Shown here one piece after another: positions 12,901-23,874 of a stretch of 64,000 nucleotides of DNA. A program made the translations under genes and the position numbers. Within the stretch, counting starts at the first letter, position 1, and every line of letters begins with the position of its first letter. This stretch comes from Rebecca billardiae RCC1528 (Eukaryota; Protista; Haptophyta): NCBI GenBank assembly GCA_965240325.2, contig OZ251252.1:620001-684000 (forward strand), in the 5' to 3' direction. Under the pieces are notes generated by a model. That model was not told where the DNA came from and made no database searches. It saw only the letters and a program-made list of their open reading frames with translations.

Positions 12901-15477
12901 CGCGAACGAGAGGACCGCGCTGCCGTCGCCGTGCTCGAGGGTGAGCGCGCCGCCCTCGCCGCCGTCGGTGGGCGCGGTGTGCGCGAGGCGCCACGCCGCG
13001 GCGGAGGCGTCGCCGCCGTTGGTTGCATGGAACACAACTGCCGCCTGCTGCCGCCCAAGCAGCTCGACTGCCGAGACGCCGGTGGAGGAGGAGGCCTGGA
13101 GCGTGGCCGTCGCGCTCGACGTGCCGCCGATCGACAGCCCGCCGGCGGAGATGGTGGCGCCGGCGGTGAAGTCCGCGCCGGACTCGAAGGTGGCGCCGTT
13201 CTGCGCGACGAGCGAGCCACCGACGCTCACCACGCGCCCGGCTGAGCCGAGGTGAACGCCGAACGCCTCGCCGATGCGCGCGGCCGAGTCGGCGGCGCCC
13301 TCGCCGCCCGCCGAGCTGCCTTCGAGCGAGCCGACGACGACGCCGTTGCTGATGCGGACTCCCGAGGAGGCCTCGCCGAGCCGCACGGCGCCGTTCACGC
13401 CGCCCGCGCCGCCGTCGATCACCACGTCGCCTCCCGTCGCGTCCGAGCGCGCGCCGCCGCCCACGATTCCAAGCGGCCCGCCGCGGCCGCCGCCGGACGC
13501 GCGCTGGCCGGCGAACTCTGTCACCGTCGACTGGTTGGCCGCCGGCCGCGCGATCCGAAGGTCCTGCTCGAACGAGCCGCCGGTGAGGAGCAGCGCGCCG
13601 CCCTTGAGGCGGAGGTTCTGGCTCTGCGAGCCGATCGTGAGCGGCGTCGTGCCCACCGTCGCCACGCGCCCGCCGTCAAACGTGACGCCGCCGATGACGA
13701 CGCCAGACTCGCTCGAGATGCTGAGCGGGTGCTCGATGGCCGACGGGTCGGTCGAGGACTGCACGCCAAAGAGGAGCGAGGACGAGTTGGCGCGGAACTC
13801 GCCGGCGATGACGAGGTCGGCGGCGGCGGAGAAGCCCTCGGTGAGCCGCACGCCGCCCGACACCAGCACGCGGCCACACCCAAGCTCGTCACAACCCGGC
13901 ATGAGAAGCACGTCCTGACCCGCGGACGCGGCGAGCGCCAGCGGGCGGCCGGTGAGGCCGTCGAGCGCCGCGCCGACGATGGCGTCGCCCTCGTACACGG
14001 CGGTGGAGCCGCGCACGCCGGCGGCGATGGCGCCGCGGCGGTCGCTCTCGGCGAGCTCGCGCCGCGCCGCGCCGTCCGAGAGCGAGACGCCGCCGCCGAC
14101 CAGCACGCGGCTGGAGCCCGGCTCGAGCCGGATCGCAGAGTCTGACGCGGAGGACACGGTGAGGACGGACGCGGACGCGAGGTTGGTCGCGCGGAGGGAG
14201 TTGCCGTCGGCGAGGACGAGGTCGCCGGACTCGACCTGGACGGAGCCGCCGTCGCCGGGCTGGAGCACCACCCGCCCCTTGTCCGCCGAGGCCTTGAGCA
14301 ACAGCTCCGACGAGTCGGCGAGCGTGTCAATGCCGTCCACTTTGAGAAGGCCGCCGCTCACGGTCAGGTCGGACTCGATCGTGACGGCGGCGCCGCCGCC
14401 GGGCGTGAGCTTGATCGCGGCGTCCGCGCCGCCCTCCGTGCCCGCGGCGATCACGAGCTCGCCGTCGGGCGACGAGATCCGCGGCACGTGCACGTAGTCG
14501 GAAATCTGCACGTTGGTCGTCGCGATCCCGCCGCCTTCGGTCGGCACGAGGCCAAAAAGGGCCTCGACGGCGAGCGCGCCGAAAATGATGAAGAGGACGT
14601 CGTTGAGGATGAGGAGGAGGACCATGACGCAGATGAGCAGGCCGCAGCCGCGCGGCGCGCCGTCGCCCGCGAAGTCGCCGCCGAACATGAACGGGCTCGT
14701 CGTCGACGCGCCCGCCTGCGTCGCGCTGCCCGCGCGGCTTGCCGTCGGCGGTCGCTCCAGGCCGCCGCCCGCCGCCTCCGAGTTGCCGCCGCCGCTGTTG
14801 GTCGGCGTGACGGTCATCGCGCCGCCGCCGCCGCCGCGGAAGCCGCGCGCGCCGCTCGGCGTGCGCGCGGCGTCGGCATCCCCCGACGGGCCCGTCGACG
14901 GCCCGCCGCGGAAGCCGCGCGCGCCGCGCGGCGCGCCGCCGCCGCCGCCGTCCGCGGGCTCAGGAGCGACCTCGCCTGCGCCGCCGCGGAAGCCTCTTGC
15001 GCCGCGCGCCTGGCCCGGCGTGGCGCCCGGGGCGACCTCGGTCGGCGCCTGGCCGTCGATCTGCTTGAAGCCGCGCACGGTGCGCGGCTGCGCCGGCGCG
15101 CTCCCGCCGCCGCCGCTGCCGCCGCGGCAGCCGCCGCGTGCGACTTGCCCGCTGGCAGCGCCGCCGCCGCGCGCGGGCGCCGGAGCGGCTCCGCCGCCAC
15201 CGTCGGCGGCTGGTTGTGGCGGCGGGGCGGGCGCGGCGGAGGAAGCGCCGCCACCATCGCCTTGTGCCTGGCTGGGCGAGCGGTAGCGCGCGCCGCCGCG
15301 CGTGCCACCGCTCGATGGCGCGCGCTGAGCGCCACTCGGGCCGCCGCCGCCGCCGCCGCCGCCGCCGTCAGCCGCAGGCGTCGGCGGTGCGGGTGCGGCG
15401 GGCGGCCCGCCGCCGCCACCTCCTGCGTCGCCCGCCGCCGAGGGCGAGCGGTAGCGCTGACCCCCACGTGCCGCCAT
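3908..15477 (-). CDS. Giant (~3,580 aa) type II membrane protein with a Gly/Ala/Thr/Val/Ser beta-repeat, fibre/adhesin-like ectodomain; exons 15477-6485, 6286-6212, 6023-5956, 5674-5606, 5442-3908
   Basis: The 3106-aa and 495-aa ORFs join in frame through three 68-75-bp exons with GT-AG boundaries. ATG at 15477, one TM helix (CGLLICVMVLLLILNDVLFIIFGALAV), recurring G.L.V.G hexad repeats and a Cys-rich C-terminus. Confidence 0.85.
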
Positions 15478-15782
15478 GCCGGCCGGCCGTTTGGGGCCTC
15501 GCCGTGCAGGTGAGCGAGTAGGCGCAAGGCGCTTGCGCCACCTTGCACAGCAAGTGCGGGCGCGGGCGCTAAAAAAAGCCAAGCGCGCCGGCCGGGGCCC
15601 CACGCCCGCCGAAGGTAACGACTGCTCATCACTAATCAGGCTGCGGAGAGCTATTATTGCCCGCACCAGTGGGTGCGGGTACCGCGGGTAAGGGGGACTG
15701 GTCCGCGGTCCGGGGATCGAGCGAGCGCCGAGCAGCCGAGCACAGGACCCTGCGCGGTTCCGTTCCAGGCGGTCGGGCCCTT

Positions 15783-16664
15783 GGCTTATCTCCTAAACCC
15801 CTGGACGGGTAAATACAGGTCCCCCCCCCCCCCTGTATTCCGGGAGGCCGCGACCAGTGTCGTCGCTGAGTCCGGGCGGCGTCGCCAAGCGGCGGCTGGA
15901 GGAGCGACGGGCGCGTGAGCGTGGCGGCTCGCGGGTATCACCGGCCTTGTGGCACGTAGTCGCGCGTGTGCGCGCCGTCGCATTGCGTGTACAACACTAG
16001 ACGCGGACTCCCATGCCATTGCCACGCCCTGAAGACTGCCTCCGCACCTTGTGTCTGCGTTCAAATGCTCACGAAGCTGGCTCGCGGCGCTTGTGGCAGT
16101 GCCTAGCGTGCAAGAAGCTGCTACAAGTGGTGCCATAGCACTCAAGACCCGGCCGTCACGCATGGGGCTAGTCGGGTAGGCTTATCTGTGCTATGGGCGA
16201 CCAGGAAAGCAGCTCGATCAGTGATCCGTGACTCTGGAAATGTCGTGCGGCACACACCGTTTGAAACGCGAGAGCGCGACGCGTGCCTAACGTGACCTCT
16301 TTCAGGCGGCGTGCGGGGTCGGAAGTCCAGCGCGCGTGTACGTATACATTGTGCATACATACCCCCACCTCCCCGAGCCATCTCATCGCGCCCAGGCTCC
16401 CCACATGTCGAGTCGGCTGGCAGGAAGTGACCGCTCGGCACAAGCTCAAGCCCGCAAGTGGTTGCGCGCGCCAACCGCAAGGGCGACGAGCGAGGAGAGA
16501 CATCAGCGGGCTGCTTTGTCGACGTTCCCCTACGTCTTGGGGCCCGCCCCGCCCAGCGTGCCGCCACGGAACGCCCCGCAATCGACCGCTAGGACGCTCG
16601 GCGAGCACGCACCCACCGCCGCCACGGAAGCTGTCCCCCGAGCCAGGGGTGTAGGGGACAAGCC
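15783..16664. mobile_element. Non-autonomous TIR element (PIF/Harbinger-like), ~880 bp
   Basis: 22-bp imperfect TIR GGCTTATCTCCTAAACCCCTGG / CCAGGGGTGTAGGGGACAAGCC, with a 3-bp direct flank CTT on both sides. Confidence 0.6.
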
Positions 16665-17068
16665 CTTGGTTGAACGACCACCCTTGGTTGAACTGTCGAA
16701 CTCCGCCCGCCCACCTCTGAAGATTCGCGGATTGCGCGCTCACGCCCGCCTCATTCGACGTGCGTGCGCGCCTGCGCGGTTGGTGGTTCCGATGCACAGC
16801 GTGTCTGCAAGCGTTGCACAGCGTGGTGCGCGTGCCGCCTGCCGGCCACGCTGCCGTGCCCGAGTTGGGAGTCAATGCCACGCACACGAACGCATGCCAC
16901 GCACCCGAGCGTTCGGTCTGAGCAAGTCCGCGAGCGCACAGTAGCACCGACAGCACGGTCCGTCCACGAGGAGGATATGTCGGGAAGATGTAGTCCTTGA
17001 CGACCACGCGCGGCGTCGGCAGAATGGCGGGTTCGTCGCGACCGCCTGAGATGCTCCATGGCGATGCA

Positions 17069-18622
17069 CTAGCGGGTGGTGCCATCCTCGCCGCCCGGCC
17101 GGAAGACCCACACCTCGCCGTATGCGAGGCCGACGGCAGCGCCCACGCCGATGCCCCAGTACAGGCTCAGCACCATGAGTGATGCCGCGGCCGCGCGGTC
17201 GCCGGGCGCGACCCGCTCGGGCCCGAGGCACATGGTGCGAGTGGCGAGCAGCCCGTTCGACGCGCCGACGAGGAAGACTAGCGCCAGCACGGACGCCGAC
17301 GAGCGCACCAGCGGCGGGTGCACCGCCGTGCTCAGCACCAGCGGCACCGCGAGCGCGACGCGCGCGCACGTGAGCAGCGCGCACGCGCGCGCCGGCAACG
17401 CCCGCTGCACGCGCGCGTCGCCGGCGACCACCCGCCCTGTGAGGTCGGCGACGTTGTACGCGGCGATGATCGCCGGCGAGCAGTACCACCCGGGGTGTCG
17501 CGCGAACCAGCCCGTCGGCGGCGTGGCGCACGCCATGCCGGGCCACGCCGCGAGCGTGAGCGCGAAGGTGCTGAACTGGCAGCACGCCGCGAGCCGCACG
17601 CGCGGCCACACGCGCACAAGGGCTTCCGCAGCCGAGCAACGTTGCTCGGCTACAGACGCCCAGGCCCGGGGCATCTGGCAGCAGACGCCCCGGGCCTGGG
17701 CGTCTACCGTCAGACGCCCAGGCCCGGGGTCGTCGGCGTGCGCGCTGCCTGGTGGCACCACCGGGCGCGACGCGGGCGTCTGCTCGCCCTTCCCGCCCGC
17801 CTCGCGCCGCGCGCGCGCGCGCTCGGCCGCGCGCGCGCGCACGGTCGGCAGCCCCATGAGCGCGCGGAACACACTAAGTGCGGCCAAGTTGGCTGCAACC
17901 ATGGTGCACAGGAATGCAGCGTTGGCCTGCTCGAGGACGACGATGGCCGGCGCGTCGGCGTGCGTCGCGCGCGCGGCGAGGCGGAGCGCGGTGAGCAGCG
18001 CGACGTTCGCCACGCCCGCCGCGCCGTTGCCCTGCTGCAGCGCGGAGGTGAGGGCCGTCGGCTCGTGCCAGCAGTGCGCCGCCAGTGAGAAGAGAGGTGC
18101 CTCCGTCACGCAGTTGAGCAGCCCGACCGCGGCGAAGGCGAGGATGATGGTGAGCGAGGACGGCGCGAGGAGGACGACGAGCCCGACGAGCGCGAGCAGC
18201 ACGAACCCCGGCACGATCTGCGCGCCGAAACCCACGCGCTCCGACGCGCCCGTGAGCAGCTGCGCGAGCTGGCCGAGGCACAGCGCGGCCGAGAAGGACA
18301 CCATGCCCACAAAGCTGAGGTGTGCGTCGGGCCACTTGGCGAGGTAGAGCGCCTGCGCCGAGACCAGGCTCTGGTACGAGTACAGGACGACAAAGTTGAG
18401 CAGGAAGCAGTACACCCGGGCGCGGAGGCCCTCGTCAGAGTGCGTGTGCGGCGGTGGCCGCGCGCGCAGGCTCGCACCGCCGTCGACGGCCGCCTCTCTG
18501 GGTGAGGATGGCGCCAATGGTGGCGACAGGGCGACTTGCGCTGAGCTCTGCGGAGCAGATGGCGAGCGGATGTGCTCGTCGTCGTGGCTCACCTCGTCCG
18601 CCCGCTGCTCGAGGAGTTGCAT
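17069..18622 (-). CDS. Equilibrative nucleoside transporter (ENT/SLC29 family)
   Basis: About 11 hydrophobic segments with ENT-like motifs ALQQGNGAAG, FALTLAAWPG, YNVADLTGR, GASNGLLAT and LYWGIGVGA. Confidence 0.85.
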   Translation of the reverse strand: MQLLEQRADEVSHDDEHIRSPSAPQSSAQVALSPPLAPSSPREAAVDGGASLRARPPPHTHSDEGLRARVYCFLLNFVVLYSYQSLVSAQALYLAKWPDAHLSFVGMVSFSAALCLGQLAQLLTGASERVGFGAQIVPGFVLLALVGLVVLLAPSSLTIILAFAAVGLLNCVTEAPLFSLAAHCWHEPTALTSALQQGNGAAGVANVALLTALRLAARATHADAPAIVVLEQANAAFLCTMVAANLAALSVFRALMGLPTVRARAAERARARREAGGKGEQTPASRPVVPPGSAHADDPGPGRLTVDAQARGVCCQMPRAWASVAEQRCSAAEALVRVWPRVRLAACCQFSTFALTLAAWPGMACATPPTGWFARHPGWYCSPAIIAAYNVADLTGRVVAGDARVQRALPARACALLTCARVALAVPLVLSTAVHPPLVRSSASVLALVFLVGASNGLLATRTMCLGPERVAPGDRAAAASLMVLSLYWGIGVGAAVGLAYGEVWVFRPGGEDGTTR

Positions 18623-18833
18623 CGCGCCGCACCCCGTCGGGAGGGAGCACGGCGGCCATGCAAGCTGAAAAGCGTCGGGTGCTCGCGCCCGGGCGTGAGC
18701 GCGGTCCGGGGCGCCGCCGGCGCGGAGTTTCCCTTTTTTTATTCCTCGATCAACGTGCTTTCAGCAAGGGTGGTGGTCCCTTTCAGCTTGTGCAGAGTGA
18801 CGCGTCGTCGCGGGTCGCAGGCAGGTCTGTCAG

Positions 18834-19739
18834 CTAGTGCTGATTTTGCGCGCCGGAGACGGAGTAGCTACCGAGCGCGCGCATCGCCGGCGGCCCCGTG
18901 CACTGCTCGCACCGCTGCTCGAGGAGCCACGCGTACAGCGCCGTATCTCGGTATGCGAGCTCGTAAGATCCATGTCCCTCCATCATCGCGTACTCAGGCA
19001 TGGGCGGGGGCGGCGCCCACTCGTATCGGGTGTACCGGACGACCTGCCCGCGCCTCGCGCCGCGCAGGATGTCGAGCATACGGTCGGTCGCGTCGACGGG
19101 CACGCTGCCGTCGTTCTTGCCGTGGAACGCCCACACGGGCGGGCAGCAGCCGGCGCCCGGCCCGGCCAGGCAGCAGACGGCGCCCGCGATCGTGGGGGAT
19201 GGGAACATGGCCGCGCACACCGGCACGAGCGCGGAGAAGACGCGCGGGCGCGAGGCGGCGTAGCGCCAGAGGCCGGCGCCGCCCATGCTCTGCCCCGTCA
19301 GCGCGATCCGGTGCGGGTCACCGCCGTGCTCGTGGATCGCCATCTCGATCAGCCGATCGACGCGCGAGAACGAGTCTGGATTCCAGCCGCGGCTGCCGAC
19401 GCCGCACGTGGAGCACGGGAAGAGGCTGACGAAGGGGAAGCTCTGCGCGAAGCTCGCGTTGCGCAGGAGCAGGCCGGGCAGGCTCTGCTGGTTCATCTCG
19501 ACGAACGGGCCGTCACCAGCGCCGTGCAGGAACACCAGCACGGGCCGCAGCTCGTCCGCGCCGAGCGGCGCGGTCGGCACGAAGAGCTGGTACGGCAGCG
19601 TGGACGGGTCGTCGGCGCCGTCCGCGTTGTGAATCTGCAGCTCACCCGGCCGCACGGCGCGCCGACCGGTGACGAGGGCCAGCGCGGCGAGTCCGAGCGC
19701 AAGGCGCCCGCCCGCCGGAAGGGGGGGGGGTCCGCCCAT
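18834..19739 (-). CDS. Secreted alpha/beta hydrolase (esterase/peptidase-like)
   Basis: Signal-like N-terminus, PVLVFLHGAG, nucleophile motif GQSMGG, PVWAFHGKNDGSV and C-terminal GH. Confidence 0.85.
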   Translation of the reverse strand: MGGPPPLPAGGRLALGLAALALVTGRRAVRPGELQIHNADGADDPSTLPYQLFVPTAPLGADELRPVLVFLHGAGDGPFVEMNQQSLPGLLLRNASFAQSFPFVSLFPCSTCGVGSRGWNPDSFSRVDRLIEMAIHEHGGDPHRIALTGQSMGGAGLWRYAASRPRVFSALVPVCAAMFPSPTIAGAVCCLAGPGAGCCPPVWAFHGKNDGSVPVDATDRMLDILRGARRGQVVRYTRYEWAPPPPMPEYAMMEGHGSYELAYRDTALYAWLLEQRCEQCTGPPAMRALGSYSVSGAQNQH

Positions 19740-20061
19740 CTCGGTCCGCCGATCGCGGTGTCTCGAGCAAGGGTTCGGTGGCCGTGCGGCGCAGCGGCGG
19801 GTTCTGAACGACGACGGTTTGCCCGCGATTCCGGCCCAGAATTGATCTGAAATCGTCCGGATCGGTGACGACCGAAATGATGGCGGATGAGCACGGATCG
19901 ACTAGCTGCTGCTCTGATGCTCGGCATGCATCCGACCGTTCGGATCACTCCGATGCCGGCCCGGTACGCGGCGGCTCCCACCGCCGACGGGCGCCATCAT
20001 GCGCATCATCAGAGTCTGCCAGGCGTACATGACTCAATGACACGCGCCGGCTACCCGGCGC

Positions 20062-23000
20062 TCACACGCGATCATCTGGCACGGTGGCGCCGCCCGCGGC
20101 CTGCACCCCACCGCCCGCTCCGCCCTGCGGCTGCGAGCGCGGGTGCGAGTGCGACGGGCCTACGGCGGATGGGCCGCCACCGCCCGCCGTCGTGCCGTCG
20201 TCGGGCGGCCCTGCCACCTCGACGGCGGCGCCGCCGCCCTCGCTCGCCGCCGCGGGCGGTGCGTGCGGATGCTGCGCCTGCGCTGCCTCCACCGCCGAGC
20301 GCGGCCGGAGCTCGACGCCCGCCGCCACGCCCGCCGCGTGCAAGCCCTCCTGCTCGGGCGGGTCCGTCCCAGCGGAGAGCTGCGGCGTAATATCCCCAGC
20401 CGCGCTCCCGACGCTCCCGGAGCCGCCGCCAAGCAGCTCCGCCTCGTCATGGCCCCCGTCCGCCGGGTGCGCGCTCGTCAGACGGTCCGCGTACGCCGCG
20501 ACGTGCGAGGCGAGCACCTCGAACTGCGCGTTCCCCACATGGCCCGCGTGCCCCTTGTGCCCCGGCGCGTACGGACTCGCGGCCTCGTCGTCGTCCGAGG
20601 ACGAGTCGGCGCGCGAGCCCGAGGCGCCGCGCTCGGCGCGCGCGCCCGCGCCGTTGGCCGGCGGGGCGGCGCCGCGCGGCGAGCCGCGCGAGCTGCCATG
20701 CCCGCCTCGCTCGTCGTCGTCGCCCACGGCGACGGTGAGCGGCGGCACGCCGTGCGCGCACACGCCGGCGCCGGCGCCGTTGGAGCCCTGGGGCCCGGCG
20801 CCGCGGCGCGCGGCCACCAGCACGCCGCCGCCCGTCCCCGCGCCGCCGCCCTCGGCGCCCGCGCCGCCGTCCGCGTGGCCGTGCTGCGCCGGCTGCTCCG
20901 GCTCCGAGCCTCGACGGCTCATGTGGTGGTGGGGGTGCGCGCTGCTGTGCCGCGCGGCCGCGTGCCGCGCGGCCTGCTCCCGGTGCACGCGCTCCGTCAC
21001 GGTCGGGTCCACCAGCACCGGCTTGAACACGGCCTCGTCCAGCAACCGAAAGAACTCGACGATCGAACGCGGCCGGCGCGCGCGCCGCAGGCGCCGGAGC
21101 ACGGCCGTGCCCGGTAGCGGGCGGCTGTGGTGCGCGGCGCCAGCGCCAGAAGGCGAGGCGCCGCGCGCCGCGAACGGTCGGAGGTCGCCCTCCTGCTGCC
21201 GCGGCGAGCCGTCCGAGCCCTCGGAGAGCTGCTGCCCTCGCTGCTGCTGCGCGCGCATCGCCGCCTTCATCCGCTTGCGCTCCGCGTGGAAGTGGGCCAC
21301 GATCTCGGGACCGGTCTCAATCTGCATGCGCTTGATCAGCGCCTCGGAGAACCCGCCGAGAACGAACGTCGTGAAGAGCACGATCACGATCGTCGTCATC
21401 ACGATCGCGTCGTGGTTCTCACCCGGCACCTGGCGCGCACGCGCGTGCGTGCGCGTGCGTGTGCGTGCGTGCGTGCGTGCGCGTGCGTGCGTGCGTGCGC
21501 GTGCGTGCGTGCGTGCATGTGCGTGCGTGCGTGCATGTGCGTGCGTGCGTGGCGGCGCGCGGGTGGGATCGGGGCGCGGGCAGGCGGGGTGCACGTCGCA
21601 GCGAGGGCGTGCGGGGAGGGCGCATGCGGGGGGAGCGGGGTGCGCGCGGGTAGGCGAGGGTGCGCGGGTGGGCGGGCCGTTACTCAGGGCGGGCGGGCCG
21701 TTACTCAGGGCGGGCGGGTTTCGGTACCACTGCCCAGAGCCTGCGCCCTCGCGCCGCGGCGGCACGGCGGGGTTAGTGCTGCGCGCGCGCGGCGCGCACC
21801 TGCACGGCGAGCGTGACCGCGATCGCGCCGCGCAGCCCCGAGAACCACATCACCACCTGGTGCCCGCGCGGGATGACGAACTCGGGCGCGGCGCGCCGGT
21901 TCAGGATGGCGGACAGGCCGAAAATGTTGAGCGCGCGGCCAGCAAAGCAGCAGAACAGGGTCACGAGGATCAGACTGTACACCTGCGCGGCGGGGGCGGG
22001 GACGCGCCGGGGTGCGTGCGCGGACGAGTGGGCGGGGCGCGGGCCGGGCGTGCAGCACGCCGCCCGCCACCGCCGCCACCGCCGCCGAGGCGCGCGCGCG
22101 GCGCCCGACCCCACCCAACCACTGCGGGCGCTGCCGCGCGGTGCGCGTGTCACCGCGCGTGTCAGCCGTGCGGCGCGGCACACCTGCGGCTGGTTGCAGT
22201 AGGCCCACACGGCGAGGCCGACGAGCACGAAGACGGTCGTTTCTGCGAGCACGGCGAGCACCTCGAGCACCACGGGCACAGCCACGCGCGCCGACGCCGA
22301 CAGGTTCGGCACCGCGTACCGCGACATGCCGATTCCGCAGAAGAGCGACGAGACAATTCCGGAAAGTTCGCACGCCTCCGCCGTGAGGAAGGAGAGGTAC
22401 GACAGCGCCCAGAAGATGCCGGCCTCGACGATGGGCGAGTCGGACGTGTGCCCCAGCCGCGCCACCTTCAGCAGCAGCGCCGCGCCCGCCGCCACCGCGA
22501 ACCCCATGAACACCGAGCCGGTGGAAACTTCCAGGAAAGCCAGTACCGTCGCGGGTAAGTCGGTCAGTGGGTTGAACTTGGTCGAAAAGTAGCGCATGAT
22601 CGAGTCGAAGGCGATGATCGAGACGGCGTCGTTGAGCACCGACTCGCCGAAGAGCAGGTTGTGCAGCTCCGGGTGCACCTGCAGCAGCTTGAACAGCGTC
22701 AGCGTCGACACCGGGTCGATCGCCGAGATGAGCGCCGCGAGCGCGCCCGACTCGACCGCGGTGAGCCGCGTGATCGCGCCGACGTGCGAGCAGAGCGCGA
22801 GGGTGGACCAGGTGAAGACGGTGGCGATGAAGGTGCCGCCCACGGCGAACATCGAGATCGCGCCGATCCGCGTGAAGAACAGCCCGCGCGGCAGCGAGTA
22901 CCCCGCCTCGAAGATGATGTGCGGGAGCAGAATCAGCTGGAAGAGCTCGTGGTTGAAAAAGAAGCGCTTGGCGGCGCGCTCCTGCAGCTCGTGCGAGACG

Positions 23001-23248
23001 AGGGCGGTGTGCACGAAGAGGCCGAAGGCGAAGCCGACGAAGATGTTCAGCCCCGACTCGGGCAGCCAGCGCACCTCGTACCGGTGCAGCACGCGGCCGA
23101 GCGAGAGCGCGATGATCAAGAGCGTCATCATGATGATCAGCTCGTTCGCCTCAAACTCCTGCGCGACGCGCTGCTCCTCCGCGGCGTCGCCGAGCGCGTC
23201 GGAGGAGCCCGGCGCGAGCGCGCGCTCGTCCAGCCCGTCATCCGCCAT
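20062..23248 (-). CDS. Na+/H+ exchanger (CPA1/NHE-NHX type); exons 23248-22184, 21982-21800, 21429-20062
   Basis: WLPESG, LLPHIIFEAGYS, ISAIDPVSTL, LFGESVLNDAVSI, SGIVSSLFCGI and WFSGLRGAIA. Two GT-AG introns and a long low-complexity C-tail. Confidence 0.93.
21440..21550. repeat. (GCGT)n-type simple repeat in NHE intron 2
   Basis: Seen directly. The same intron also has a ~21-bp tandem duplication GGGCGGGCCGTTACTCAGGGC near 21670-21711. Confidence 0.9.
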
Positions 23249-23874
23249 CGCGGTGGGGGGGGGGGCGACCACTGCAGGGCGCGGCCGCGGCGGAGGACGC
23301 CGAGGCGGGCCGCCGCCCAAGCCAAGTGAGGGTGATGGTGAGCAGCTTTCTGCTTCGGGGGCGCCACGATGGCGGCCGGGTTGCGGCGGAGGCATCATCC
23401 CCATTCTCTCTTGCCATGGACACTGGCACTTCTGCGGTCGGACTCGGGGTAGTCGGAGCGTGATGCTATTGAGCATGGGGCACCGGGGTCATGCGGGGGA
23501 TGGACCGGAGGCGGAGCCACGCCTATGTAAGCACGTTGCGCGCGCTCGGCGGCCGCGGCGCGCACTCACGGCGATCCGCGGCGGCCGAGCCCGCGAATCG
23601 GATGTGGCTCCGACGAGTCACGGTCGCATATACATGTTGGGCGCATATACATGCTGGCGCGGGGCCACCCCGAGTTCAGTAGTGCATAAGTGACCCGCCA
23701 GGCTGATGACGATGAAGATTGTTATTGATAATGCCACTAGTACAGGCGGACTCCGGCAGACGGCCCGCGACGGGCTCGCGGCAGACAATTGTACCGTCGG
23801 TTCGTCCGAACAGCATGATGCCGCCAGCGACGACGCCTGCTACCGCTCAAGCGGCTCAACGGGCGGCTTATGGC

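Noticed and set aside
6085-13255. Very long plus-strand ORFs (1479 aa, 1148 aa and others) antisense to the giant gene
   Set aside because: Shadow ORFs caused by extreme GC3 and stop-codon scarcity. The Arg/Ala- or Ser/Pro/Thr-rich translations mirror the real minus-strand codons.
21983-22183. Apparent Arg-rich insertion within the NHE membrane domain
   Set aside because: An in-frame, stop-free 201-bp GT-AG intron, not protein.
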